Sequence record: PV805630.1
Reading direction: 5' to 3' (one strand)
Length of the DNA stretch: 64,000 nucleotides
From: a phage
The notes beneath the pieces were generated by a model. The model was given only the letters and a program-made list of their open reading frames with translations, was not told where the DNA came from and made no database searches. The position numbers were made by a program, and so were the translations under genes. Shown here piece after piece: positions 39,912 to 51,719 of this stretch (positions are counted from its first letter, which is position 1; each line of letters begins with the position of its first letter).

Positions 39912-41858
39912 TTAAGGCATTTTCACATACCCAGGTATGCCTTGGGCTTGGCGTATATACCGTATAGCACGCTCCTGGTTTTCTTTCTCAGCCTCCCGAT
40001 CTACAGAAGCCTGTGATCGAAAATTACGTGGAGCCAGGTTTTGAGGGTCAGCCTGAACTTGGCCCTGGGCATTTTTAAGCATTTCAGCAGCTCTACGTAC
40101 TTGTTCCTGTCGTGCAGGTAACAGTGCAGTAAGTGCAGTCTGCCCAGTAGCAATCTTATTCTGAGTATTTGTCAGTGCAGCTACGGCAGCATCATATGCA
40201 GTTTGTGCTGCCTGAATATTCTGCATAGCCTGAGCACGACCAAGGTTACGTACACTTGCTTCAAGAGGTTCACCACGTTTTAACCCCTCAATCATTTGGT
40301 CTACCTGACGGTCATTAAGTCGCAAGCCATTACCGGCTTCTGAGGTTTTCCCTATAGTTAGGTAATCAACAAGACGTCCTGTATAACTTTCCGGTACGTT
40401 AGTCATTGCACGTTGCATAACAACACCTGCCATAGCAGGGGATACATTAGCACGCTGAGCAATTTTACTGATACGAGCCACAACCCATTGTTTATCTGCT
40501 CCCTTAAAGTCACCCTCTAGTAATCTATTAGCAACTTCCCCAACAGTAGAAGTGTCATTTAAGGCAGGTAAATAATCAGGAGCAATACTTCCAGCATTGT
40601 CCTCCATAGAACGAGTACCAATCATACCGGTAGCCAGAGTAGATACTGCCTGATTGCCCTGAACCATAGCAAGCGGGTCAGCCTCTACCTCAGCTTGAGC
40701 AATAACAGGTTTCATCTCTTCCCATGTCTTATCCTTATAAGCACCTGGGGTAGAGTTAGGCAGAGCATCCCAGGTATCTTTAAGGTTACCGTTCTTACGA
40801 GCCTCGAAGATAGCCCTACCAATCTTATCCTGGTTCTCGGGGGAAAGAGGCTGGCTTTGCCAATCTGGACCAAGAACTTTAGGAGCGAAATATTTCAGAG
40901 TATCTTGGTTAATCTGGAAAGCGCCCACAGGTGAAGCACCTAGTGTCGTCTTCATACTATCCTGATGCTTAATTACATCACCAATACTCATTTGAGTAAT
41001 AGGAGTAGATGTACCAGTAAACCGGTAAGTAACATCATAAGGAGAACCCTGACGAGTACCGGCAGTACCTGGTGCAGACGTAGCACTAGCATTGTTACCG
41101 TAAACACCCGGATATGCTCGTGCAAGCATTTCCTGTAAACGTGCCTGTGCAACCGGAGACAGTTGCTTACTATAAGATTCTGCCAGAATACGGGCATCGT
41201 CAGCATTCTCAGCACCTCTAGTAATCAGTGCCATTACACTCGTAGCAGCCTGATTATCAGCATCATTACGTTGAGCAACACCTAAATCAAAACGGTTCTG
41301 TGCCTGATTGATAGCCTGACCGCCCTGACCTTGTAGACGGGTCAGCAGCTCAAGCTGTTGGTCAGCAGGAAGTGCAGACAATGTATCACGTGTCTGTTCC
41401 AACGCAGTATTAATACGATTCTGGTCACCAGACTGGTATGCCTCAGACAGTAAACGGATAGCAGGAGAAGCATTATCTAATGCAGAATTAATATTCCGTA
41501 AACGGTCAAAGTTATAAGTATTGTAGTCATTGGTTCCCTGCTGACCTTGTTGAGTCAGCAATGTACCTGCTCGCTCATCCAGATTTTGAAGGGTACGCTG
41601 GTTTATCAATGAACGGTCAACCCCCTGAAATAATGCACCAGATGCCAAAGCATTACGGTACTCAGTAGGGTCTTGGTACTGCATAGCATTCATCATGACG
41701 GCATTGCCAGCCTCCTGCTTGGCAGCGTTCTGGAAATTACCCAGTGCATCACTTAAGCCGGAGGTGGCGTTACCAATCATGCTACCAAATGTGCGAATGC
41801 TGTCACCAACTCCAGAAAAGTTAGGTGCATCAACATTACGCCATGTAATTTGAGCCAT
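39912..41858 (-). CDS. Virion structural protein (N4 gp51-like position)
   Basis: 648-aa ORF with ATG start, adjacent to the vRNAP gene; Gln/Ala-rich predicted coiled regions. Confidence 0.45.
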   Translation of the reverse strand: MAQITWRNVDAPNFSGVGDSIRTFGSMIGNATSGLSDALGNFQNAAKQEAGNAVMMNAMQYQDPTEYRNALASGALFQGVDRSLINQRTLQNLDERAGTLLTQQGQQGTNDYNTYNFDRLRNINSALDNASPAIRLLSEAYQSGDQNRINTALEQTRDTLSALPADQQLELLTRLQGQGGQAINQAQNRFDLGVAQRNDADNQAATSVMALITRGAENADDARILAESYSKQLSPVAQARLQEMLARAYPGVYGNNASATSAPGTAGTRQGSPYDVTYRFTGTSTPITQMSIGDVIKHQDSMKTTLGASPVGAFQINQDTLKYFAPKVLGPDWQSQPLSPENQDKIGRAIFEARKNGNLKDTWDALPNSTPGAYKDKTWEEMKPVIAQAEVEADPLAMVQGNQAVSTLATGMIGTRSMEDNAGSIAPDYLPALNDTSTVGEVANRLLEGDFKGADKQWVVARISKIAQRANVSPAMAGVVMQRAMTNVPESYTGRLVDYLTIGKTSEAGNGLRLNDRQVDQMIEGLKRGEPLEASVRNLGRAQAMQNIQAAQTAYDAAVAALTNTQNKIATGQTALTALLPARQEQVRRAAEMLKNAQGQVQADPQNLAPRNFRSQASVDREAEKENQERAIRYIRQAQGIPGYVKMP

Positions 41859-41870
41859 GATGGTTTCCTA

Positions 41871-42332
41871 TTAACGGGTTAGTTTATTAGCTGCAATGTA
41901 AGCATCAGCTGAAGACTGGTCACGGTTCTCTGCTGTAGCACGGCTACGAGCACGGTCTTCCAGTGCAGTGTTATAAGACTTAATCTGATTATTCAGGTTA
42001 GTGTTAGTAACGCTCTTAGCAAAGTTCAGCTGGTTTTTGGCTAACTTGTTAGCCTGGAAACCACCATAGATATTGGCTAAGGAACCAAGTGCACCAAGTC
42101 CAAGTTGGAAGGTAGGAATGTTCATGCCTAATTGATCAGTCAAGCCTGAATCATTACCTGATTCAAACAAAGAACTGTCCAAATTACCATTTAAAAAATC
42201 CATGCCAACTGTTTGTCCGGGCCGATAATTCATTGCCGGAGTACTAAAGTTTTGCTTCTGGTTGTTACCAGATAACCAGGACAAAGCCCCTGGCTGAAGG
42301 GTTTGGTTGCCTGTAAAGAATGACAAATCCAT
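41871..42332 (-). CDS. Virion protein (N4 gp52-like position)
   Basis: Track start is TTG 42353; in-frame ATG at 42332 follows AGGAGA. Confidence 0.4.
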   Translation of the reverse strand: MDLSFFTGNQTLQPGALSWLSGNNQKQNFSTPAMNYRPGQTVGMDFLNGNLDSSLFESGNDSGLTDQLGMNIPTFQLGLGALGSLANIYGGFQANKLAKNQLNFAKSVTNTNLNNQIKSYNTALEDRARSRATAENRDQSSADAYIAANKLTR

Positions 42333-42344
42333 GGGGATTCTCCT

Positions 42345-42481
42345 GTTAAACAAGGTCAGTATTAAGAGTCATATCAGAGTAGCTTCCAATCATGTTTAAA
42401 GACATGTCAGCTATATCAGAACCAGTCATGAGAGTACGTGAGAGGAAAGTATCCAACGACTCCATTGACACGAATTGCATA
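42345..42481 (-). CDS. Small hypothetical ORF (about 45 aa) between virion genes
   Basis: Reverse-strand ATG-initiated ORF, hand-translated, filling the gap between two virion genes; below the track's size cutoff. Confidence 0.2.
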
Positions 42482-42488
42482 GGGTCAA

Positions 42489-45008
42489 TTACACCCTGCC
42501 CAGCAGTACCAAACATTCTTCATACTGCTTATTGATTGCCATCATATCAGTATTGTACTGCTGCATTACATTCTCTGCTTTCTGAATAGTAGCAGCCGTG
42601 GATGCATTAATATACTGGCTAATGCCGTTACCTACTGAACTGGTAAGCTGCATGATGTTCTGAGCATTCATCATTTCACCGGCTAAGGTAGATAAGGATG
42701 TACCAGTAGACATAGCAGTACCAACGTTCATAGCCACCATTGAAGCAATAGCAGCAATGATAAAACCTAGCTTATCACCAAACAGAGAAGTGGATACTTT
42801 AGTGACAATAGATATCATAATCATTGCAGCAATGGCGTTTGCTACAGCACCAACAATTACGGCAGCTAATCCAACAAAGCCAAGTGATGCACCAACTGCA
42901 CCATATGCCCCAAGAATACCTGCACCACCAGCACTACCAGCACCCATAGTAAATACGGATATAACGACAGCAACTACAACAACCACAATCTTAAAGGCAG
43001 AGGAGTGATACCACTTTTTCTTAACCTTTTTATATGAGTTCATTACTAAGTAAGAGCAGGCAGTAGATAACTGAGTACTACGAACCAGTGACATTGTGCG
43101 ATAGATGTTGGTGTGCAGGGGAATAATGAATCCGCTTTCCTCTGCATCACCCATTGCTTCAGCAACATCAATATTTACTGACTTATTTTTATATACCCTG
43201 TTGCTATGATGAAGCCCCAATACCCTAAGTTTACGGTAGGTATTATTACCATCCTGCCAAAGCAACTCATATTCTTGCATAGTATAAAACGTAGGGGTAA
43301 CTTCCAGGTTCTTAGTCGAACCGGAGTTACTAGCAGTACGTATGTTTTTACGGGTAAGGGTTATATCCCCTGCATATCTGGCTCGAAGTTGTCCTTGTTT
43401 AGCACCAGCCCATGCTTCACCGGAATGGGTAGTTTCAAATACGTAGTTCCAACTAATAGTCATATCATACTTATAATGCTTACTACTATGCACCCTAAAC
43501 TCCCGCTTAGGTATAACAGGGTATTCTGGCAGAGGTGGGGGTGTTCCAACAGTTTGACCTTCCTGTCTGTTCCACCATTCTACGTATGCATCAACTGCGT
43601 CATTCGCTGCCTGATAACCTGCAATCACTGCTTCCAGTGTGGGGTAGGTTGGGTCAGGTGGGAATGCTTCAGTAGCCATCTGAAAGAAACGGTAGATGTA
43701 TTCCTTAGCAGTATCTTCTGGAGTATTAAGAGATACACCGAATGTGCCATAGATGTATTGAATATCACCTATGTCGTCATTCTTCTTAAGCTCAGTCACT
43801 ACTTTATCAAGCTTACCACCAGTAGCTTTATAGAGTGCCTTCTTACAGTGGGGGTAGATTGGGTCATTCTCTACCCATTGTTTATCATTCCTGATTGGGA
43901 TGAATGGATAGAATCGGTTATCAGTAGCTTCAGTCTCAAACAGTGAATCAAGTGCAACGTTGCCTGAGTTCTGCTTATAGATAAGCATCTTAGGTGTACC
44001 AACAGCAGTCATCTCAGTATCGGTACGGGTAGTCTGGGATGAGTACTTACGAACCAGTGTCTCTGTGGTTGTAGTGATTGTATCGGTGCGAGTAACACCC
44101 CCACCTATATTAACAACGTTGGTAGTTACAGTAGTACTGGATTGAATCTCACCAAACTTTGTATGAGTCATTACCCTATCAGATACAACTACAGTTACAT
44201 CATCAGGTTTCTCAGTGAAGCCTCTACGGTAAACCTTAACGTAAGAGTTCCAGTTATCCACACTTGGTTCAGTAACAGTACTGTTTTCATCCGGTCTACC
44301 ATCAGAGTAAACAGAATGGATCTGTATAGTCTTAGTAAGATTTGCTGTGTTAGCCGTCGTATCACTTGAGATGGTAGTCCATAACAGAGTAGACGGTAAG
44401 TCATTTTCGCTGTTATAGACAGTAGTCGGACCTACTACCGGTGGATTGGTAGCCGGGGACTTATAGAACGTGTAATCAGCATAGAGATACAAAGCACCTG
44501 GTTCAAAGTTAGTAGGTGTGAATGTAATGGGGGAACCTCCATCTAAGGAGGTCATAGTAATTTCATTGGTATCTTCATCAATGTCTACATCGAATCGTTC
44601 CATGATTCGACTTGGGGCATTCTCATAAAGATACTGGTCACACCATTGCTCAAAGTCAGCAAAGCCAATCTCTGCTGCCTGAACATAGACAGATTCTCCA
44701 GCAGGTGGAGTAATTTGACCCTCTACAACAGTAGGGTCAATCTTAGCCAGTACACCTAACGAAGAACCTGCCATACCAACTTCTGAATCATAGTGGTTCT
44801 TACTCCAGCTAGAGAACAGTCGCATACGAATACCCGGCCCATTCAGATAACTATCAGAGATAGTGTCTGCCATAGTGAATCCTGTATCAGCAACAATCTT
44901 ACCGATGACTACAGTCTTCATATAGTTTGGACGTTTATGTATATCCCCTGCCATGTTATAGACAGAGGATGCTACGTATACTTTGGTCTTACTACTGAAT
45001 AAGCCCAT
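42489..45008 (-). CDS. Large virion protein with C-terminal Gly/Ala-rich hydrophobic region (N4 gp53-like position)
   Basis: 839 aa; C-terminal about 150 aa are strongly hydrophobic and Gly/Ala-rich (AFKIVVVVVAVVISVFTMGAGSAGGAGILGAYGAVGASLGFVGLAAVIVGAV...). Start abuts the upstream stop. Confidence 0.5.
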   Translation of the reverse strand: MGLFSSKTKVYVASSVYNMAGDIHKRPNYMKTVVIGKIVADTGFTMADTISDSYLNGPGIRMRLFSSWSKNHYDSEVGMAGSSLGVLAKIDPTVVEGQITPPAGESVYVQAAEIGFADFEQWCDQYLYENAPSRIMERFDVDIDEDTNEITMTSLDGGSPITFTPTNFEPGALYLYADYTFYKSPATNPPVVGPTTVYNSENDLPSTLLWTTISSDTTANTANLTKTIQIHSVYSDGRPDENSTVTEPSVDNWNSYVKVYRRGFTEKPDDVTVVVSDRVMTHTKFGEIQSSTTVTTNVVNIGGGVTRTDTITTTTETLVRKYSSQTTRTDTEMTAVGTPKMLIYKQNSGNVALDSLFETEATDNRFYPFIPIRNDKQWVENDPIYPHCKKALYKATGGKLDKVVTELKKNDDIGDIQYIYGTFGVSLNTPEDTAKEYIYRFFQMATEAFPPDPTYPTLEAVIAGYQAANDAVDAYVEWWNRQEGQTVGTPPPLPEYPVIPKREFRVHSSKHYKYDMTISWNYVFETTHSGEAWAGAKQGQLRARYAGDITLTRKNIRTASNSGSTKNLEVTPTFYTMQEYELLWQDGNNTYRKLRVLGLHHSNRVYKNKSVNIDVAEAMGDAEESGFIIPLHTNIYRTMSLVRSTQLSTACSYLVMNSYKKVKKKWYHSSAFKIVVVVVAVVISVFTMGAGSAGGAGILGAYGAVGASLGFVGLAAVIVGAVANAIAAMIMISIVTKVSTSLFGDKLGFIIAAIASMVAMNVGTAMSTGTSLSTLAGEMMNAQNIMQLTSSVGNGISQYINASTAATIQKAENVMQQYNTDMMAINKQYEECLVLLGRV

Positions 45009-45009
45009 A

Positions 45010-45846
45010 TTAATTCAGCCCGTTGTTAATCTTCAGCTTGGACAAAATGGTATCAATACTTGCGTTGGTGAATCCATTAGGTGGGTTCAAGCCTTCATCA
45101 ATAGTCTTCTGTGTAATCCATGCATCAGTAAACAGCTTAGATGCTTTAACTTCTGCATCACGTTGGTAAGAAGTAATCTGTTGAGAGTACAACTCTTTCT
45201 GCTTACCTACGGAACCCCTAACTGCTGCACCGTCTGTACGAGTATCCAATGTCTGTGCACGTTGTGCCTCAGTCTGCTCAGTAATCAGTTTAAGCTGTTG
45301 AGGTAACATCTGGGCAGCATTAAACAATGCAGCACAGTATGTCTCAGACTCAGTAGCAATCTTCATCTTAGTGAGAGCATATTCACTCTTAGCAGACAGT
45401 GCCTGAATCTTAGCCAGTACATACTGAGCTTTAGAAGTAGCCAGTTGCACTCGTGCAGTAACTGCCTGAATCTGTGCCATAGCAGCAGCCCAGTATGCTT
45501 GGTCACGACCAAGTAAGAACTGAACAGCATTACTCATGCATGATTCCATCATGGCAATATAGGCTTTGGTATATTCACCACCAGTAATACGGTTAGCTTT
45601 AAACTCAGCTTTAAGATGGTTGTGTGCAGATTCCATTAAAGCATCAAACGTACCGCTACCACCCACTTCACGGGTAGTAAGTGATTCATTAGTTACTTTA
45701 GTAATAGCATCAAAGATTGGGGAATCATCTCCACCAGGGATATCCCATTCAGGACCAGACATATCAATGTCGGGGAGGGTAAAGTCATCACCCTTAGTTA
45801 ACTCTTCTAGGAGTCGGTTAGCTTCTACCTCAGCAGAACAAGACAT
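45010..45846 (-). CDS. Virion protein (N4 gp54-like position)
   Basis: 280-aa class ORF with predicted coiled coil; second ATG at 45846 has better spacing to AGAGGA. Confidence 0.45.
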   Translation of the reverse strand: MSCSAEVEANRLLEELTKGDDFTLPDIDMSGPEWDIPGGDDSPIFDAITKVTNESLTTREVGGSGTFDALMESAHNHLKAEFKANRITGGEYTKAYIAMMESCMSNAVQFLLGRDQAYWAAAMAQIQAVTARVQLATSKAQYVLAKIQALSAKSEYALTKMKIATESETYCAALFNAAQMLPQQLKLITEQTEAQRAQTLDTRTDGAAVRGSVGKQKELYSQQITSYQRDAEVKASKLFTDAWITQKTIDEGLNPPNGFTNASIDTILSKLKINNGLN

Positions 45847-45922
45847 AATCATTCCTCTCGGTTCAAAAAGAAACGGCCCACGGAGTTACCCCAGTGAGCC
45901 GTGTTGAACTGTAGCTTATACG

Positions 45923-46558
45923 TTAATCGTTCAGGCTACCAGCAGCAATCTGTGCTTGAGCCAGTTGAGCCAATTCTGCTTCAGTCAGCGGAGGCAATAC
46001 TTCAATGGAGAACTCACGTGCTTCTGTTGCACGGATATCCGGTAAGCCATTCTTACCTTTACGAGTCGTAATGTTGATGAACTTACGCTCTTTAAGGAAC
46101 TCGTAGATACAGTACGGAATATGATAACCATTGTCGGTGACTTCACCGAACGGAACAAACTTACGTACAGTACCCATATATTCGTTAGCTACGGTGATAA
46201 TCTCACCCGGCAGGTCTTTCTTCTTAGGATCAAGGTTCTGGATACGTACACGAATCAGTCGAGTCTGCTCTGCACGAATCTTCTGACCCAGGGTCATCTT
46301 CTTAACACCAGCTTCTTGTTTTTCACCCAAAGGATTAACAGCAGCTTCTTTTACTTCTGGTTCATCTTTTGCTTGTGCAGCTTCAATCTTCTCACGGAGT
46401 TTCTCAACGGAGATGTTGTTAGAGAACTTAATATTCATCAACGTTGCACGTTGCTTAAGAACCTCAAGTTCGCTAGGCATTGCAATATCGTTAACGGTAT
46501 CTTCGTTGCCCTGTACGTCCAGTTCTACGCCAGTGGTCGGTTTATCGTTAATGCTCAT
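45923..46558 (-). CDS. Hypothetical structural-module protein (N4 gp55-like position)
   Basis: About 211 aa; ATG at 46558 has better spacing to AGGAAA than the first ATG at 46564. Confidence 0.4.
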   Translation of the reverse strand: MSINDKPTTGVELDVQGNEDTVNDIAMPSELEVLKQRATLMNIKFSNNISVEKLREKIEAAQAKDEPEVKEAAVNPLGEKQEAGVKKMTLGQKIRAEQTRLIRVRIQNLDPKKKDLPGEIITVANEYMGTVRKFVPFGEVTDNGYHIPYCIYEFLKERKFINITTRKGKNGLPDIRATEAREFSIEVLPPLTEAELAQLAQAQIAAGSLND

Positions 46559-46631
46559 GTTCATATTTCCTGTGGTTCAACTAGTTTTATTAAGAGGGGG
46601 ACACTAGTCCCCCTTATTTTATTTAGGACTA

Positions 46632-47834
46632 TTACAGAGGAGCAACAGTCTTAATCAGAGCCAGACGTTCCGGACGTTTAACCAGGATACCGTAGTACCA
46701 CTTGATGGAACTGAAGCCAGTCTCACCATACGGGTCATTACGGTCAGCAGTTTCTCGACCAGGCATCTTAGTCATGATGGAGAACTTAACAGACTTACCA
46801 TCAGTCTGGAAACCAATGGTAGAGAAGGAGTCATCACCAACTACCAGCATCGGGAACACGTCATAGTGTTCTTCGCCACTAACCATAGAAGAACGGTAAC
46901 CTGGGTTAGTAGAGACTTGTGCACCAGCACCTGCCCAATGCAGCATCTCAGGAACCTGGATAATACGGAACTTGTCGATACAACCAATCTCACCATTCAT
47001 CAGAGTACCGGCATCAGCATAGTGCTGAACCTCGATGAATGCTTTGTTACCGAACAAGTCTTTCATCGCTTTCAGTTCTGGAACTAGTTCAGAACCAACG
47101 TACATTACACGAGTACCACCAAGTACTTTGGTATCGGTAAGTTTAGAACCAGTGATGATAGTAGTCTGAGTCGGAGTACGGTTCTCAGTAAGAATCTGGT
47201 CAAGACGCATCAGGTTCTTATAAGAAACTACAGACGGGGTAGCACCTTCACCAGTGATGGTAGCATCGGAGGTAGCAGCACCTGCATACAGTACAGTACC
47301 AGCAGCAGCCAACAGGTCTTTCTGGAGAACAGCTTCAGTCAGCTGTACAGCACCGTTCATCAGTTCACGAGACAGGTGTTCTTTCAGTTGGTCATCAGAA
47401 TCAAAGTCCAGGGACTCTTGAGTAAATTCGTAGAAGAAACCGAACTTATGAATGGAACCTTCACGAGACAGACGAGTAAAGCCTACACGGTTAACACGAC
47501 CACCGTTCTCTGTCAGCAGAGGCAGTTTAGAAGTGATGTTACCAACGTCTCGGGAAGAACCATACAGGTTACCATTAACGATGGTAGCACCATTAGCATC
47601 AATACCCTGGTCGTTGATGTTCTTATCGTCAAGCAGTGGGACGTACTCATACACCTTAACAGTCTTACCGTAGTTCTTCGGCATGTTAATGGTGTTAGCC
47701 AGTGGCATGAAGTACTGGTCTTTACGGGACTGAATAATAGCTTTCTTCAGCCAGTAATAGGTATTCATCTGGTCGGAACCAGCACCATCAATGCTAGATT
47801 TCTGGCCGTCAATTGGGGCGTTATAGTTTAACAT
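46632..47834 (-). CDS. Major capsid protein
   Basis: 400 aa (N4 major capsid is about 400 aa); sits between a scaffold-like acidic protein and the virion proteins, with portal further upstream, in N4 late-gene order. Confidence 0.6.
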   Translation of the reverse strand: MLNYNAPIDGQKSSIDGAGSDQMNTYYWLKKAIIQSRKDQYFMPLANTINMPKNYGKTVKVYEYVPLLDDKNINDQGIDANGATIVNGNLYGSSRDVGNITSKLPLLTENGGRVNRVGFTRLSREGSIHKFGFFYEFTQESLDFDSDDQLKEHLSRELMNGAVQLTEAVLQKDLLAAAGTVLYAGAATSDATITGEGATPSVVSYKNLMRLDQILTENRTPTQTTIITGSKLTDTKVLGGTRVMYVGSELVPELKAMKDLFGNKAFIEVQHYADAGTLMNGEIGCIDKFRIIQVPEMLHWAGAGAQVSTNPGYRSSMVSGEEHYDVFPMLVVGDDSFSTIGFQTDGKSVKFSIMTKMPGRETADRNDPYGETGFSSIKWYYGILVKRPERLALIKTVAPL

Positions 47835-47850
47835 ATCATCTTATTCCTGT

Positions 47851-49071
47851 TTAAAGACTACCCGGTACTGGGAGTTTAGCGAAATCTTCGTCACTCATAG
47901 CGAGTGGGTTTACAATAGGTGTTGCTTTACGTGTAGCAGCCCGATTAAGGGAAGCTGCTTTAGCTTGCTCACTGTTAGCCAGAGTCTGCTTAGGTTGTGC
48001 TACACGCACTACCGGCTGAACCACTGGCTTAACTGCTTGTACCGGTTCTGGCTTAGCCACTCGGTTAAATGCCCCTTGCTGTGTAAGGAGGTTACCGACG
48101 TGGTTATAAGCCTGAATGAACGGAGTACCTACCGGAATCTGGCCTAACATTTGAAGACGGTTCACTTCGTTTGCAATGGTGTCATAAATACCATTCTCAC
48201 GTTGTTCGTGAATAGTCTGAAGTAGGCCACGATTCTGGTAAAGAGCTTCTTTACTGGCAGCATCCCATGTCGAGCCGATAACACCTAATGTAGCTTGTCC
48301 TTCTTGAGTAGACTTTAAGTCGTCAATTTCGGTTGCAAAATCTGCTTCGGTGTCGGTAACACGGTGATTGCCACCCTGGTAGTTAATTTCCTCATCTGGA
48401 TTAAAGTCCAGAGGATCTGTACCAGAGTCTTTGAGCAACTTCTTAATGGCTTCTGGATTCTTTTTATCCAGGTCAATCAGGAAAGAAAGTTTATCCTCAT
48501 CCATTAAACCGTTGTTCTGTAACATCAGCATTACCTTACGGTAAGGCTTTAGTTCTTGCATCTTGCGAGTATAGTTAGCACCCATCTGCATCAGGCTAAT
48601 GGCCTCCTCCGGTGAACGGGGAGTAATCACTTTGCCGTTAGCTTTAAAAGGAGCCATCAACTTCTCGTAACCTTCTTTATAGTTGAAGTCAGCAGGCAGA
48701 CCTTCAGACTGTTTGCCTTCTTCTTTCTGTTCCTGGCCTGGTTCAGTAGTAGAAGGTTCAGCTTTAGTAATCGGCTCGCCGTTACTATCAACTTCTGTGT
48801 CAACAACTTTATCACCAACTTTATCAGAAGTTAAAGGATTTGCTGAATCTTCTTCATCAGGTTCGGCTTCAGGGGGGGTTTCTTCGGTTGGTAGGTCTTC
48901 AACAGCAGGGGTGTCAACTTCTTCTTCAGGAGTCTGTACGCCGTTGGTTTCTGGGTTGTTCTGAGTGGAAGTATCTTCCTCAGCAATAATTGCTGGGGCT
49001 TCCATATTCAGAATCTCATCATCCGACATTGCGAGAATGTCGGAAGCTGTGGTTGCAGCTTCCGTAGTCAT
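47851..49071 (-). CDS. Scaffolding-like acidic protein (N4 gp57-like position)
   Basis: 406 aa; very acidic Glu/Pro/Thr-rich N-terminal third and helical C-terminal part; GGAGA RBS. Confidence 0.4.
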   Translation of the reverse strand: MTTEAATTASDILAMSDDEILNMEAPAIIAEEDTSTQNNPETNGVQTPEEEVDTPAVEDLPTEETPPEAEPDEEDSANPLTSDKVGDKVVDTEVDSNGEPITKAEPSTTEPGQEQKEEGKQSEGLPADFNYKEGYEKLMAPFKANGKVITPRSPEEAISLMQMGANYTRKMQELKPYRKVMLMLQNNGLMDEDKLSFLIDLDKKNPEAIKKLLKDSGTDPLDFNPDEEINYQGGNHRVTDTEADFATEIDDLKSTQEGQATLGVIGSTWDAASKEALYQNRGLLQTIHEQRENGIYDTIANEVNRLQMLGQIPVGTPFIQAYNHVGNLLTQQGAFNRVAKPEPVQAVKPVVQPVVRVAQPKQTLANSEQAKAASLNRAATRKATPIVNPLAMSDEDFAKLPVPGSL

Positions 49072-49090
49072 AGGAAATATCTCCGGTTAA

Positions 49091-49435
49091 TTATTCGTCT
49101 TCAGGTTCAGCACGAACTGCGTCGAGTTCTTCTTCTACCTGTAGAATAACGTCAGCTTCGTTTTCGCCCATACGAATGGCAAGATCAAGCCAACGACGTA
49201 AGTGACCAGCAGCTTGAGCCATGTTCAATGCATCTGCACGGTTATTAGGTTCAAGCAGTGGGTCACCAGACTCTTGCACGTAACGTGCACAATCTTCCGT
49301 ACAGAACTGGCGAAGAATTACTTTACGGAACAGTGGATTCTCCAGAAGTTTACGTACATCTTCTGCATGTGCAACTGCACCTTTAGCAGCTTCCAGTCGA
49401 TGTTCCAGTCCAGCGATTGTTGATTCTTTACTCAT
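49091..49435 (-). CDS. Hypothetical protein
   Basis: 114-aa ORF between the portal and scaffold-like genes. Confidence 0.35.
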   Translation of the reverse strand: MSKESTIAGLEHRLEAAKGAVAHAEDVRKLLENPLFRKVILRQFCTEDCARYVQESGDPLLEPNNRADALNMAQAAGHLRRWLDLAIRMGENEADVILQVEEELDAVRAEPEDE

Positions 49436-49448
49436 GTGAAGGTCTGCC

Positions 49449-51719
49449 TTACAGGTTCATGCCAAGAGCCGATGCTGGGTCTTGGCTAGGGTCATAGTAT
49501 TGGGAACTAAGTGAATAAGCTGGGTCTTGCTGAGCAGCTAAATCCCGTTCTGGTATAGAGTTCACGTTAGTCAAAGTATTATATCCAACAGCTGCAGATA
49601 TGTTGGGGGTAGTTTCCCCTTCTTTAATAGGTGTTGTCAATGCCTTAGTTATCTGAAGGTTCTGGTTTCCTTGGGATTGTGCTTTTTGTTTTTCCATATC
49701 ACGAGCATGTTTAGTACCAGATTCCTGTTCCAGATAATCCAGGTCTTTAAGGTCACCACTGGAAGCAGCCTCTTTAGCCTTAGCCATATTGAGTGCAATC
49801 TTACTTTGTAACTCTTCATTCTCAAGCTGTGCTTTCTGAATTGCCAATTGCTTAAGCTGTTCTTCCATAGGGTCTGGCTGTGGTTGCCAGGTACGTAACT
49901 CATGAGCCAGGTCGGGCATACGTTTAAGTTCTGCAATCTTAGCTACGAGAGATAACGTAATAGTTTGGTCAACCGTATTACCCAATGTTTGAACCATGAA
50001 GCTCAAGTCCTGGGATTTCTGGTTATCAATTTCAGCAGTGTTGATATCAACCTCAATATCGAAGTTACCTTTAAGGTCTTCACGGTTAATCTCTACATAC
50101 TGCTCGTTAGTAATACGTACTACTTCTTTCTCAGATAAGAACACAGCATTCATTGCACAAATCTTAGTACCAATGTCTGCCATGCCCTTAGCTAATCGGC
50201 GAAGGATTGCCATCTCACGTTTGGATGCTGCATCAAGTGCACCACGAATACCGGCAGCCACTTCCCCGTATGCTGAACCAGTTACACCACCAGAGAATGC
50301 TTTAACACCAGTTAATGATTCAGCTTCCTGGTTTTGCATCTGGGTCATTATTATTGCCGACTGAGGTAACTCAGGGAACTTATGTTCCATAATGGCCTGA
50401 CTAGGATTACCCTGCATTGGGTTGTATTCGTAGTCTTGCCCATCGTCATATCGACGACGGTTTAGTGTATCCAACATCCCTTTAGGATAACCACGTTGAC
50501 CGTTTGCACTTCGACCTAACAGGTCAATCATCCCACGCATAGTTGCGCCAAGAATTGCTTGGTTATCCCCTAACAGTTCAGCATCAGCTTCACCGAAGAG
50601 TTCGCGTTTACGGGGCATGTAAGGAACAACTACTAAAGGTAATTTACCGTCAGGGAATGGGTTCCTCTCCATACGAATAAGAGTAGAACCAATCCAGGTA
50701 GCAACAATAGGTTCCAGAGAACCATCATCATTGATGTCGTAAAATCCCCAGTATTCGTAGGCAACAACTTTCTTACGAAGTGCATCCTTAAACTGAAAGT
50801 CACTTGGAGTCTTACTTTCATGGTCTGGGTCGGTCATAGGGCTAGAACTTTCCCAGTCAATCTTATCTAAATTGTGATAACGATCTTTGTTCTTCATGAG
50901 GTCTGCTTTGCATGTCTCAAAGGAGATAACTGCATACAGAGCCTTATCCAAATCACCGTTACAGCTTGGGTCAATAACTACGTTATTAGGGTTAAGCATT
51001 TCAACGGTAGGTCTGTTAACTAGTGCCTTCTCTACTTCTACTTCAGTAACTCCAGTCTGGATTGCATAGGTAGCTTCCCCAGTTTCATTAAAGTAGTTAA
51101 CAGCTTCCTTAATATCTTCCGGCATTGTCTCATCGTACTCACGAGGATTCTCTGCCTGAAGCTGTAAAGCCTGTTGAAGAACATCTGCTTGTTCCTGGTT
51201 CTCGATTGGATATAACTGGAAGACTGGTGTTTCTGTTTTAATCTTAACAGTCTTACGTTCCCAACCAATACGAGCAATACCAGTACCGTCATCTACAACA
51301 CTGTGTACGTAATCATCCACCAGTTTTACTTTATTAAGCTGGGTACGAAATTGGTAGTTAAGAACTAATTCATTCTGTCGTGCAGCTAACTCATCCTCAA
51401 AAGTAACCGGAGTTACTTTAAAGAGCTTATTAGATGAGAGGAATGGCTCAGACAATGGAGCATATCGCCACTCTGCCTGACGGCGAACCAGTCTGGGTTG
51501 GACTTGTGAGCGTCCCTTAACCTTTGGGGGTTTAGCCTTACCTTTAACTTCCATCAGGTCATTCCACTCACGAATCTGAGCCATAATTGCATCGTGAGCA
51601 GGTTTAGCCGATTCCAAATCACCCTTCAGTAATTGGATACTTGGTTCCTTCTTCCAGTCCGTTAGCTTCTCTGATTGAGCTGGGTCTGGTAAAGGCTTAA
51701 AAGTGTCTTGGTGTTCCAT
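49449..51719 (-). CDS. Portal protein
   Basis: 756 aa (N4 portal is about 760 aa); upstream of scaffold/capsid genes on the late strand; AGGAT RBS. Confidence 0.6.
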   Translation of the reverse strand: MEHQDTFKPLPDPAQSEKLTDWKKEPSIQLLKGDLESAKPAHDAIMAQIREWNDLMEVKGKAKPPKVKGRSQVQPRLVRRQAEWRYAPLSEPFLSSNKLFKVTPVTFEDELAARQNELVLNYQFRTQLNKVKLVDDYVHSVVDDGTGIARIGWERKTVKIKTETPVFQLYPIENQEQADVLQQALQLQAENPREYDETMPEDIKEAVNYFNETGEATYAIQTGVTEVEVEKALVNRPTVEMLNPNNVVIDPSCNGDLDKALYAVISFETCKADLMKNKDRYHNLDKIDWESSSPMTDPDHESKTPSDFQFKDALRKKVVAYEYWGFYDINDDGSLEPIVATWIGSTLIRMERNPFPDGKLPLVVVPYMPRKRELFGEADAELLGDNQAILGATMRGMIDLLGRSANGQRGYPKGMLDTLNRRRYDDGQDYEYNPMQGNPSQAIMEHKFPELPQSAIIMTQMQNQEAESLTGVKAFSGGVTGSAYGEVAAGIRGALDAASKREMAILRRLAKGMADIGTKICAMNAVFLSEKEVVRITNEQYVEINREDLKGNFDIEVDINTAEIDNQKSQDLSFMVQTLGNTVDQTITLSLVAKIAELKRMPDLAHELRTWQPQPDPMEEQLKQLAIQKAQLENEELQSKIALNMAKAKEAASSGDLKDLDYLEQESGTKHARDMEKQKAQSQGNQNLQITKALTTPIKEGETTPNISAAVGYNTLTNVNSIPERDLAAQQDPAYSLSSQYYDPSQDPASALGMNL

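Noticed and set aside
39912-41858. Lytic transglycosylase (SLT-like) domain in the gp51-like virion protein
   Set aside because: A GAFQ segment loosely resembles the SLT GLMQ motif, but no catalytic Glu-Ser dyad is present upstream; too weak to call.
46596-46624. Terminator after the major capsid gene
   Set aside because: The perfect gggggac / gtccccc hairpin is followed by a T-run only on the plus (antisense) strand; on the late transcript the downstream tract is not U-rich, so it is not called as a late-operon terminator.
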